Below, in pieces: positions 16,232 through 24,078 of a DNA stretch of 24,977 nucleotides. The stretch lies in the IMG/VR virus record IMGVR_UViG_3300007983_000017, positions 1-24,977 of that record. One strand, written 5' to 3'. Under the pieces are notes generated by a model, which made no database searches, was not told where the DNA came from, and was given only the letters and a program-made list of their open reading frames with translations. The DNA is from a virus. Its lineage: Duplodnaviria > Caudoviricetes. Each line of letters opens with the position of its first letter. The first letter of the stretch is position 1. A program made the position numbers and the translations under genes.

Positions 16232-17838
16232 TATGCTCTATAACCTATTAAGTAAATTTTTAAACCTGTACCGGGTGTAACAGAACCTACTCCTGTAATG
16301 TCTATTGTTATTTCTGAATCATCATCTAATGTTGTTGTACTGCTAATACCTTCACTAATAGTAGCTGTAGTAGAAGTTTTTTCTCCTGCATCTATATAAA
16401 CCTTACCTAATGGCGTTCCGTCATCATTTATTGCCGCTACAACAGGAGATCCGTCTGATGCAGTAGTCACAGATGATCTTACTTCAGTAATTACAAAATC
16501 GTAAGGTAACCTAAATGTAACAACATCTGTAGCTGTTGCTAAATCTGTAGTTTCATCAGAACAAGCGATAACAAATGTTTCTTTTTCTGTTACACTATTT
16601 GGTAATTCTATAAATGTACCAGTTGCGTTTACTCCTAAAAAATAAGTGGGATCTGTTGCCTCAAAATTACCTTCCCCGTACTCACTATTGCTTAATCTTC
16701 CTTCGTAATTAAATTCTAATGTTGGGTCTGTATTTATATTACCACCGTGTACAAATATAATTGAACCCATTCCTATACTGCTACCAGAAGAATGTTGGCT
16801 AGTAGGACTAGTTCTTCCTATAACAAAATCTCCACCACCAGTAATAGTTCTAGTAGCTTGGTCCATAACATCGTAATTGTCTGGAAATTTCCTAATGTAA
16901 GCATCAGCAGAATATGCCTGACCAGCATTTGCTGCGAAAGTCGGATTGCTAAATAATTCTAATCTTGTAGTAGCTCTAGTTCTTTTAAAACCGTTTGCCT
17001 GAAACATGTCTTCACTATAAGCATCGCTAAAAAATCCAAATAAGGCATACCTAGTTTCTACCATATCGTTAGGATTACCTTCGGTTTCCCAAGTATCATA
17101 TGGTTCATAACCATCGTTATAAATTCTCATATGATTAGCTCTAACTATACCAGCCCCATAAAGAATAGTGCTGTTGGCAGGAGAATCAACACCTGTATCA
17201 TTACCTTTAACTATGAAGTCTCCTCCCTCGTTAGAAGATTGATCCCCAAGCCAATTGGTTACAATGTCATTTGTAAAAGTAATATTTCGACCATTAAAAC
17301 CTACTCTTCTATTACTAGGTTCTATAAATCCATTAGCTTCGTAAAAATTAGGAGATGTTTTTATTTCAAAAAGACCAGAGCCTACATTATCTACATCAAT
17401 ATTATCAGCAAAGTTTAACACTGTAGTACTTCCTACGGTGGACCCATCATCTTGTAAAGTTACTTGAAAATTATCTGGATCAAGTATAAACAATACATTT
17501 GTTTGGTCCCCTGCTTGTTGTACAAGAGTTTGGTTAGTTCCACTTCCCGGACCAAGAATGGTAAAAGTTAAAGTGTCCCCATCGTCAATTTCTGCAGTCT
17601 GACTAAGATTTAAGTTTGCAACTGTAAAAGAAGACATTTCTCCATCGCCACCAGTGTCAATATTTAAATTTTCCTCTAAAAAACTAAGTAACTCTCTAAT
17701 AGTTGTTTTTCTAGCAAGACCATCTATTGAGTTGTAAGTTTTTTTGTTATTGTTAACGATAGGAAAAAATGTCCATTGGTCATCTAATGAAATTTCATTA
17801 TACTCTTTTAACGCCGGAAAAAATAAATGATTAGCCAT
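16231..17838 (-). CDS. Tail fibre protein with C-terminal adaptor-like beta domain, 535 aa
   Basis: T/G/D/N-rich mosaic sequence. C-terminal IACSDETTDL...TFRLPYDFVITEVRSSV...IDAGEKTSTTA...DDDSEITIDI...GTGLKIYLIG domain of a kind seen at phage fibre C-termini. Confidence 0.7.
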   Translation of the reverse strand: MANHLFFPALKEYNEISLDDQWTFFPIVNNNKKTYNSIDGLARKTTIRELLSFLEENLNIDTGGDGEMSSFTVANLNLSQTAEIDDGDTLTFTILGPGSGTNQTLVQQAGDQTNVLFILDPDNFQVTLQDDGSTVGSTTVLNFADNIDVDNVGSGLFEIKTSPNFYEANGFIEPSNRRVGFNGRNITFTNDIVTNWLGDQSSNEGGDFIVKGNDTGVDSPANSTILYGAGIVRANHMRIYNDGYEPYDTWETEGNPNDMVETRYALFGFFSDAYSEDMFQANGFKRTRATTRLELFSNPTFAANAGQAYSADAYIRKFPDNYDVMDQATRTITGGGDFVIGRTSPTSQHSSGSSIGMGSIIFVHGGNINTDPTLEFNYEGRLSNSEYGEGNFEATDPTYFLGVNATGTFIELPNSVTEKETFVIACSDETTDLATATDVVTFRLPYDFVITEVRSSVTTASDGSPVVAAINDDGTPLGKVYIDAGEKTSTTATISEGISSTTTLDDDSEITIDITGVGSVTPGTGLKIYLIGYRA

Positions 17839-18079
17839 TATTTAAATATTTTTGGATTTGTACAATAAAATTACATATAGTTTCTTCTGTTAGACAAGAA
17901 CAATTTAAATAATAAAGTTTTATTTCTTCTAACATAAAATAAGACAACAATAATTTTTTGTCATCTTCTTCGCATACTGTACCATACTTATACTTGTCTC
18001 CTATTTTAGAAGCATAATTTTTGTATAAATATTTGATATGTGCGATCCACTGCAATAAATTTTCATTACTTAACGACAT
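17831..18079 (-). CDS. Small Cys-containing helical protein, possible fibre-docking subunit, 82 aa
   Basis: Overlaps both neighbours. Four Cys (VCEE, NCSCL, TICN). Confidence 0.55.
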   Translation of the reverse strand: MSLSNENLLQWIAHIKYLYKNYASKIGDKYKYGTVCEEDDKKLLLSYFMLEEIKLYYLNCSCLTEETICNFIVQIQKYLNNG

Positions 18080-19113
18080 TAAGATGTTCTTTTAGTGTAT
18101 TTAACAACAAAGCTTTGTAATTCTGTAGATTCAACTGTAGGTTGAGATCCGACTATTAATTGTAATAAGTTATCAGAAGTAGGGTCAAAAGTTTGAACAT
18201 CTTTACAAATACTGGTTTGTGTAACAGTTCTAAAACTACCAAAAGAAGGCATGTTATCAGAAATGTACATTTCTAATTCACAAAAAACAGAAGTATCAGA
18301 AATTCGGATAATTCGACCATTTACTCTAATATATTTACCATTAATTTTTATAAAAGCTATTGATTCGTTACTATCTTGGTCATAGCCTTGGTCACCGAAA
18401 GATACATGAAAATCTTCGTCTGTAGGATCTGCATCTTCAGTTCTAGTTATTGTAAATGAAAACTCTAACATATCTTCATTTGTAGACATAGTATTTGCAG
18501 GTACGGTTAAAGAACCTAACGTTATAGGCCCGTTTTCTCCTATATCAACACTACCATCAAAAATAGCATCTACAACATAAGCCCCAACACCATTTTCGCC
18601 ATCTACACCATCTACACCATCTGCTCCATCGTTACCATCTGCCCCATCTGCACCGGGTTCTCCAGTGTTACCTTTAGGTACGAAACTTACAACTATATCG
18701 TCATCGTTAGCGAATGTACCACCAGAAGCTATGTAAGAAACTGTTAATGTTCTGTCTGTACCGTTGTCTACAATATTGGTGATTTCAGCAAAATAAAATA
18801 CATTAGAATTAAACCTTTTCCATATTTTTAATAATCCATAATTGCCAGAATTATCAAAAACGTCTAAAAAATCAGCATGGTTAATGCTTGATGCGTTTAG
18901 TTCATTTATGTAAATTTCTGTAGCAGAAGAATAATCATTAGCATTAAATCTAACATACCCAAATGTAGGGCTTGATAATATAGAAGAGGCATCAAACTTC
19001 CATTGGGCAGAATAACCACCAAACAAACCATCATTACCGTCAGAACCAGTAAGATATGGCAATTCTATACCTGAATCACAACCACAAGGATTAGTATTAC
19101 AATTACAACTCAT
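18079..19113 (-). CDS. Tail/head fibre protein with collagen-like segment, 344 aa
   Basis: Cys-rich N-terminus, a beta domain, ten Gly-X-Y triplets and a second beta-rich C-terminal domain. Confidence 0.7.
   Translation of the reverse strand: MSCNCNTNPCGCDSGIELPYLTGSDGNDGLFGGYSAQWKFDASSILSSPTFGYVRFNANDYSSATEIYINELNASSINHADFLDVFDNSGNYGLLKIWKRFNSNVFYFAEITNIVDNGTDRTLTVSYIASGGTFANDDDIVVSFVPKGNTGEPGADGADGNDGADGVDGVDGENGVGAYVVDAIFDGSVDIGENGPITLGSLTVPANTMSTNEDMLEFSFTITRTEDADPTDEDFHVSFGDQGYDQDSNESIAFIKINGKYIRVNGRIIRISDTSVFCELEMYISDNMPSFGSFRTVTQTSICKDVQTFDPTSDNLLQLIVGSQPTVESTELQSFVVKYTKRTS
18583..18672 (-). repeat. Collagen-like (Gly-X-Y)10 coding repeat with a degenerate 9-bp unit
   Basis: GNT GEP GAD GAD GND GAD GVD GVD GEN GVG. 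On the plus strand: ccatctaca ccatctaca ccatctgct ccatcgtta ccatctgcc ccatctgca. Confidence 0.9.
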
Positions 19114-19123
19114 TTTTTATATT

Positions 19124-19690
19124 TTAACACCCACAAGGGTTATAGTTACAGAATCTTTGAAGTAAAGCTAACATTTTATCGGCAGTAGCTTTATCTACCG
19201 TGGCAGCAGCAGAACACAATGCCTTTTCCCAAGCTTTAGCTTTTAAAAGGTCATTGTAATATTTTTCCTCATTTGGATTTTCTTGTACTCTTTTTACAAG
19301 ATTGCTTATACAACATTTAACGTTAGGATAAAAATATTTTTCCACACAATTTTTGTATGTGACATCCGAATCGTTAATTACAATATATTCTATTTTATAA
19401 TAACCATCATCAATAGTTATATCTGATGAGGTAAAGTTATTATAATCAAAAGTCCCAACTACGGGATCTGGTAATTGGGCAGTAACATCAAAACTTGTAG
19501 TATTACCTTCCGGATCTGTTATGTTTAAAATAACGGAAGATATATTTTCAGCTAACTCTGTAGATGCGTCTTGCCATCCGTCTGGATTGTCAGAAGCGTC
19601 ATAAACATCAGTAGTGTCAGTAACAACTAACTCGTATTGGTCGTCGTTGTTTTTTTCTAAACAGAAAGAATGTTTTATTACTAAGCCCAT
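19124..19690 (-). CDS. Putative tail hub/collar protein (beta domain plus helical Cys-rich C-terminus), 188 aa
   Basis: VTDTTDVYDASDNPDGW and IDDGYYKIEY beta-sandwich-like part, then a helical end with KCC, ALC and FCNYNPCGC. Positioned between the auxiliary capsid and fibre genes. Confidence 0.5.
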   Translation of the reverse strand: MGLVIKHSFCLEKNNDDQYELVVTDTTDVYDASDNPDGWQDASTELAENISSVILNITDPEGNTTSFDVTAQLPDPVVGTFDYNNFTSSDITIDDGYYKIEYIVINDSDVTYKNCVEKYFYPNVKCCISNLVKRVQENPNEEKYYNDLLKAKAWEKALCSAAATVDKATADKMLALLQRFCNYNPCGC

Positions 19691-19702
19691 ATTTAAATAA
19701 AT

Positions 19703-19730
19703 AAAAAAAGGGGGAGGGATTCTCCCCCTT
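19703..19730 (-). terminator. Intrinsic terminator after the capsid gene block
   Basis: Minus strand AAGGGGGAG-AATCC-CTCCCCCTT-TTTTT, starting 9 nt after the stop of the 419-aa gene. Confidence 0.88.
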
Positions 19731-19739
19731 AAGTTAAAA

Positions 19740-20999
19740 TTATGCGTAAGTCACTGAAGTTCCGAGAATGGTATTAAGAATACCACGTAAATCAGCAGCT
19801 TGTACACCGGTTTCATCCCAAGAAGAATCAGCAGCACCATCTCCTACATAGATTTTAAAATGCTTGTAAGAAACTGGTTCTGTACCAATACTAGACACCT
19901 GATGAGGTGTTCTCCACTTAAGAGCAAGAACCCCGTAGTAAGTAGAACCGCTAAGGTCAGTGTCGATAGTAGCTTGGAAGAGGTGGTCTTTACGGTAACG
20001 ATTACCAAACACAGACTCTACAAAGTACTCTTCTTTAGCAACTTGCTTGAAGTTACCAACACCATCTTCTGGTGCTTGAGTAGCATTAAAAGTAGTGTTA
20101 CCAAAACCTTCCATCTGAGTTTCGAAACGTACTTTACGGAATAATCCGGGTTTAGTAGCATCGAACCCTCTTTCTACACCTGTAAGCTGAATACCACAAT
20201 CTACACCGGCTACAGAAGCAGCAGTATAAGCAGTAGAATCAACATCTGTTGCAGTAGCTCCTTGGTAAGGCATGTGGATACGTGCTGTAGAAGCGTCAAT
20301 AACTTCAACGATCTCGTAACCCACGTCTGCGTTAGCATCTGTAGAAACTACTTCACCAACAATTGGCGAACCGGTCCAAGTAGAAGTACCAGCAGTAATG
20401 ATGTCAGAACCGTTAGTAAAGTTTACATCTTCACCAGTAGCAATACCTGCGGTACCCGCTGTTGCAGAACCAGAGTCAAACAAGCAAGTAGCTTGGATGT
20501 CACGTTCTTTACGTTTACGAGTATTGTCGTTAACGTTAGCAGCAAGTTCTCTAGCTACTTCCCACTGTGTAGCAGAAGCATCTGTGAGAACAGTACCATA
20601 AATTTGCTCTTGTTGTCCGAAACCAGTACGATCTAATTCGATCATATTAATACGGAGGATGTAACGATTACTGTTCTGTGGATCAATAGAACCAGAGGTA
20701 CCATTGAAACCGAGAGTTGTAATTTGTTCTTGCGAATTAGCATGACTACGTCCGCTAAATTTCACAATATTTGTTCCCGAAGGATCAATAAGGTCTGTAG
20801 AACGCGGAGAAAGTCCAGTACCTCTACCCTGAACAATGCGGAATTTAGTACCCGCAGCGGCAGAACCAGTAGTGATAACAGTGCCATGAGCATCTACGAC
20901 AGCTACTTCGCCGTCACCAATACCACTAACATTAGTGGCAGATGTGTAAGCCGCGTTATCTCCGATAAATACAAAACCTATGTTGTTTTGACTAAACAT
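19740..20999 (-). CDS. Auxiliary capsid (decoration) protein, crAss-type, 419 aa
   Basis: MFSQNNIGFVFIG start, CGIQLTG, QAPEDGVGNFKQVAKEEYF..GNRYR and YGVLALKW motifs. A/T/G-rich, with codon usage like the MCP, and last gene before the terminator. Confidence 0.7.
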   Translation of the reverse strand: MFSQNNIGFVFIGDNAAYTSATNVSGIGDGEVAVVDAHGTVITTGSAAAGTKFRIVQGRGTGLSPRSTDLIDPSGTNIVKFSGRSHANSQEQITTLGFNGTSGSIDPQNSNRYILRINMIELDRTGFGQQEQIYGTVLTDASATQWEVARELAANVNDNTRKRKERDIQATCLFDSGSATAGTAGIATGEDVNFTNGSDIITAGTSTWTGSPIVGEVVSTDANADVGYEIVEVIDASTARIHMPYQGATATDVDSTAYTAASVAGVDCGIQLTGVERGFDATKPGLFRKVRFETQMEGFGNTTFNATQAPEDGVGNFKQVAKEEYFVESVFGNRYRKDHLFQATIDTDLSGSTYYGVLALKWRTPHQVSSIGTEPVSYKHFKIYVGDGAADSSWDETGVQAADLRGILNTILGTSVTYA

Positions 21000-21030
21000 G
21001 TTGTTTTTTATTTTTTAATTAAACATTTAT

Positions 21031-21714
21031 TTATTCTGCCCTTTCACCCAATTGTGCGTGTGTCTGGGTTCGAGGCTCTTGCTGGTTTTCCAGCGCAATA
21101 GTAACTGCCATATTTACAATTTCTCGATGTGTCATAGGATGTAACTCACAATCTACATCGTTAGTTATACTTATGTCAGTTAACTGTTTTACATATCTTA
21201 CGTTGTAAGATGTTATATTGTAATCACCATTAGTGATAATTTCGTGTCTTGTTATATCACCGTTTGGTGAAATTTCCAATCTCCAAGCTCTAGAAGAATC
21301 TGGTTTTTCAAAAGGGTTATCTACTTCCTCAAAATATTCATCGTGAGTTTTAGGTATAACTTTCTTTCTATTATTACATGTATCATCAGTAATCAACCAT
21401 TCCATAGTGGTCAACCAATAATCTTCTGGCATATCGTATAAGAAACTATTTTCTCCGACGACATCTGTTTGATCTACAGATAGTATAGGCTGTGTTTGTC
21501 TTAAGATATTACTTAAGTCTTTTTTACGCTTTTCTGACTCGTCAAAACCCTCTTGGTATTTGTTACCACGAGGATGATAATGTTGTTTAACAAATCTTTC
21601 TTGCGCTTGGGACAAAAAATGACTTATCTCCGAATCTTCGAATCCGGGAGCAGCAAGGCTGGCTACCTTGTCGTAGCCAACCAAGAACTCATCTTTCATT
21701 TCTTGAACCGTCAT
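21031..21714 (-). CDS. Tail ring / head-tail connector protein, 227 aa
   Basis: MTVQEMKDEFLVGYDK...EISHFLSQAQ...GFDESEKRKKDL and CELHPMTHREIVNMAV motifs. Two genes downstream of the MCP, as in crAss-like phages. Confidence 0.72.
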   Translation of the reverse strand: MTVQEMKDEFLVGYDKVASLAAPGFEDSEISHFLSQAQERFVKQHYHPRGNKYQEGFDESEKRKKDLSNILRQTQPILSVDQTDVVGENSFLYDMPEDYWLTTMEWLITDDTCNNRKKVIPKTHDEYFEEVDNPFEKPDSSRAWRLEISPNGDITRHEIITNGDYNITSYNVRYVKQLTDISITNDVDCELHPMTHREIVNMAVTIALENQQEPRTQTHAQLGERAE

Positions 21715-22571
21715 TATTTACCTTTTTCTATCTGGTCTTTAATTTTGATGTATGTTTCAGCGTTAGGACCATTAGGATCTAACTCTTCCATAATTTGTTT
21801 GATAGTAAACACATCGTCTGGTTCCCCAGCAACAATATATTTATTTCTACCATGTTTAACTATGGCACCAACCTCGATTGCGTCTTCGACGAAACAACGC
21901 ATGTTAAAGTTATCGTCTTGGATAATTTTAATAAACCCATTAGGATCTTTATCTACAATCTTCATTACTTCAGAAACCAAGAATTCATGCTTAGAATTCG
22001 ATGGTACTTGTTTGTTAGTGTAAATCTTAAGTACATTTTTAAGACTATTTTGGTTGTTCTTAATCGCACCAAACTCCATCCATACTGATTGTTTAAGATC
22101 AGCCTGCTCTGCAGCTTCTTGGATTTCGTGATCTAAATCTACTAACATAAACTTTGCGGTTGGTATTCTACGTCTAGCATCAAAAGATGGTGCTACAAGT
22201 TCTTTGTTTGCCAGCAATACTTTCCATTTAATGTATTGGTCTGGGTCAGAAAGATCCATAATGTCACCTTCTTTGTCTATAACTACCTCGAATCTATTCC
22301 AAAAATTTTGCCTAGTTGGTTTATAAATACTGAGGTCTCCTTCGTTCATAGCGAGAATTTTCTCCAAACCTGCTTGCTCTTCATCAGTTAAAACTTTGAT
22401 AAGTTGACCGGTTTGACCATTAACTGGTACTGTTAAACGCATAGACGTGCCTGTAAACATAAATTCGCCGTCATGCCCTTTAGGAAGCCAAGAGTTCTTC
22501 CGAACTACCGGAACAACTCTGACTTTTTTATTTGGCAATGTAAATACTTTCTTCTTCTCCATTGTATCCAT
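21714..22571 (-). CDS. Conserved crAss-like capsid-module protein of unknown function, 285 aa
   Basis: Directly downstream of the MCP. NFWNRFEV..K....MDLSDPDQYIKWKVL motif. Confidence 0.65.
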   Translation of the reverse strand: MDTMEKKKVFTLPNKKVRVVPVVRKNSWLPKGHDGEFMFTGTSMRLTVPVNGQTGQLIKVLTDEEQAGLEKILAMNEGDLSIYKPTRQNFWNRFEVVIDKEGDIMDLSDPDQYIKWKVLLANKELVAPSFDARRRIPTAKFMLVDLDHEIQEAAEQADLKQSVWMEFGAIKNNQNSLKNVLKIYTNKQVPSNSKHEFLVSEVMKIVDKDPNGFIKIIQDDNFNMRCFVEDAIEVGAIVKHGRNKYIVAGEPDDVFTIKQIMEELDPNGPNAETYIKIKDQIEKGK

Positions 22572-22591
22572 TGTTAATTATTTATTAGTTA

Positions 22592-24076
22592 TTAATATAC
22601 AACACCTACATCAGCAAGCATATTTGGAATCATAGCTGCACAACGAGTAGGGTCTGTTACTTTTGCACCTGCTGTACAAGCTCTGTGGACTTCGTATCCA
22701 TCTACAGAGTGAGCAGCCTGTGTCATTTTACCGTCTGGGGTGTAAGGGTTACGAAGACCCGGAATGAACACCATAATGTCATCCTCGCCTTTTACCATAC
22801 ATTTCTGGATGTTAGGGTCTCCGTTAGAAGTACCCACATCAAGAATGTCGTAACGTCTAGACTCTGCGAGACCACCCTCTGGATGGTAAATCTTATTACG
22901 AGTAGGATTATCGTTCATTGGCTCGTGAGACAATGTAACTTTAACTCCTTGTGGGCCTTTAAATTCAAGGAACTGTCCTTGGTAACCAAGGGTGTTATCT
23001 TTACCAGAATAAACACGCTCGTTAACTTGCAATGGTGTATACAATGCAGTGTAGTCTTCAAGAGATTCCGAGAACTGGTACATACCCCATTCTCCCGTAC
23101 GCAATACGAATTCACGTTGGTCACGAGTAAGTCTGTTAACAGAAAGGTCAAGTAAAATAGAAGTCATCCACTTAATATCAAAAGTGTTGTAGTAAGCTAC
23201 GTTAGAAGACTCCATTTGCTGGCGAATACCAGCACCCTGACGAATTTCGTAACCAGATTTACCTTTAGCACTAAACGTACCATCTTCGTTACGGTTAGAA
23301 ACGGCGAACATCAAAAGACGAGCTTTAGCTTCTTTAAACTGCTGCTCAAACTCCCAATCTGCGAATTGCATCCAAGTAGATTTTGTTTCCATACCATTAG
23401 GACCCTCTACCTGCCAGCTAAATGCTACAGGGCGAGCGATCATATTACCGGGACGTACGTCTTGCATACGTATCATGGTAAAGGTATTAAGCATTGAGAA
23501 TGGGCTGGTGTAGTTAACGTGTCCACCTTTAACAGATAGAGTACGTTCTACTGGGTTCCACTCTCTAGAGAAACGCTTACCTGATTGCAGTTCTGCATAC
23601 GGGATAAACAACGATTCGTCGTTCGTGAAAAGTTTACAGCGATAGTGTACTTCAGTACCAACATATTCTGGAACATCAATCACTTGGATCTGGTAACGCT
23701 CGTTTTTCTCACCTACAATGAGGTCAGTATCTGAGAAGAAATCTTCTTCGAATACGAGTGTAAACTCAGCCCCCGCGAGACCTGTGCTATCAGAAGTTGT
23801 TACTGTAGTGCCGTCTATCTCTGCGCGCACCAGAGGAATATTCTTCCTCGAATTACCTTGAAGATACCATCTGAAATCATCAGCGGTATCGAAGTATTTA
23901 ACTGGAAACTGCGACAAGAATGTGTCTAGGTCCATTCCGAAATTGATTTGGTGCAGCATTGTAATCAAATCGGAAGCTTCCTGAATATCTATGCCATAAA
24001 TACTGGCAATGTGATTTTCCGTCGTAAGACCTGACCAATCCGTTGGCAGATATTCTTGTAATGGAAATGCTGTCAT
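22592..24076 (-). CDS. Major capsid protein, crAss-like, 494 aa
   Basis: WSGLTTENH, DDFRWYL, GKRFSREWNPVE, YEIRQGAGIRQQM, FVLRTGEWG, GVKVTLSH..MND, HPEGGLAESRRYDILD and FIPGLRNPY motifs, plus size and synteny. Confidence 0.9.
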   Translation of the reverse strand: MTAFPLQEYLPTDWSGLTTENHIASIYGIDIQEASDLITMLHQINFGMDLDTFLSQFPVKYFDTADDFRWYLQGNSRKNIPLVRAEIDGTTVTTSDSTGLAGAEFTLVFEEDFFSDTDLIVGEKNERYQIQVIDVPEYVGTEVHYRCKLFTNDESLFIPYAELQSGKRFSREWNPVERTLSVKGGHVNYTSPFSMLNTFTMIRMQDVRPGNMIARPVAFSWQVEGPNGMETKSTWMQFADWEFEQQFKEAKARLLMFAVSNRNEDGTFSAKGKSGYEIRQGAGIRQQMESSNVAYYNTFDIKWMTSILLDLSVNRLTRDQREFVLRTGEWGMYQFSESLEDYTALYTPLQVNERVYSGKDNTLGYQGQFLEFKGPQGVKVTLSHEPMNDNPTRNKIYHPEGGLAESRRYDILDVGTSNGDPNIQKCMVKGEDDIMVFIPGLRNPYTPDGKMTQAAHSVDGYEVHRACTAGAKVTDPTRCAAMIPNMLADVGVVY

Positions 24077-24078
24077 TT

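Noticed and set aside
2502-17418. Scattered plus-strand ORFs (2502, 4471, 4575, 6476, 11935, 12035, 12350, 14652, 17131)
   Set aside because: They lie antisense to well-supported genes. Their hydrophobic look derives from the reverse complement of Lys/Glu-rich codons.
15350-19113. Diversity-generating retroelement or invertible cassette acting on the fibre genes
   Set aside because: No reverse transcriptase, recombinase, template/variable repeat pair or flanking inverted repeats were seen in this window. Elements elsewhere in the genome cannot be excluded.
19800-23497. Numerous plus-strand ORFs of 60-156 aa opposite the capsid genes
   Set aside because: They are antisense shadows of strongly biased coding sequence, with no initiation context, no motifs and implausible composition.
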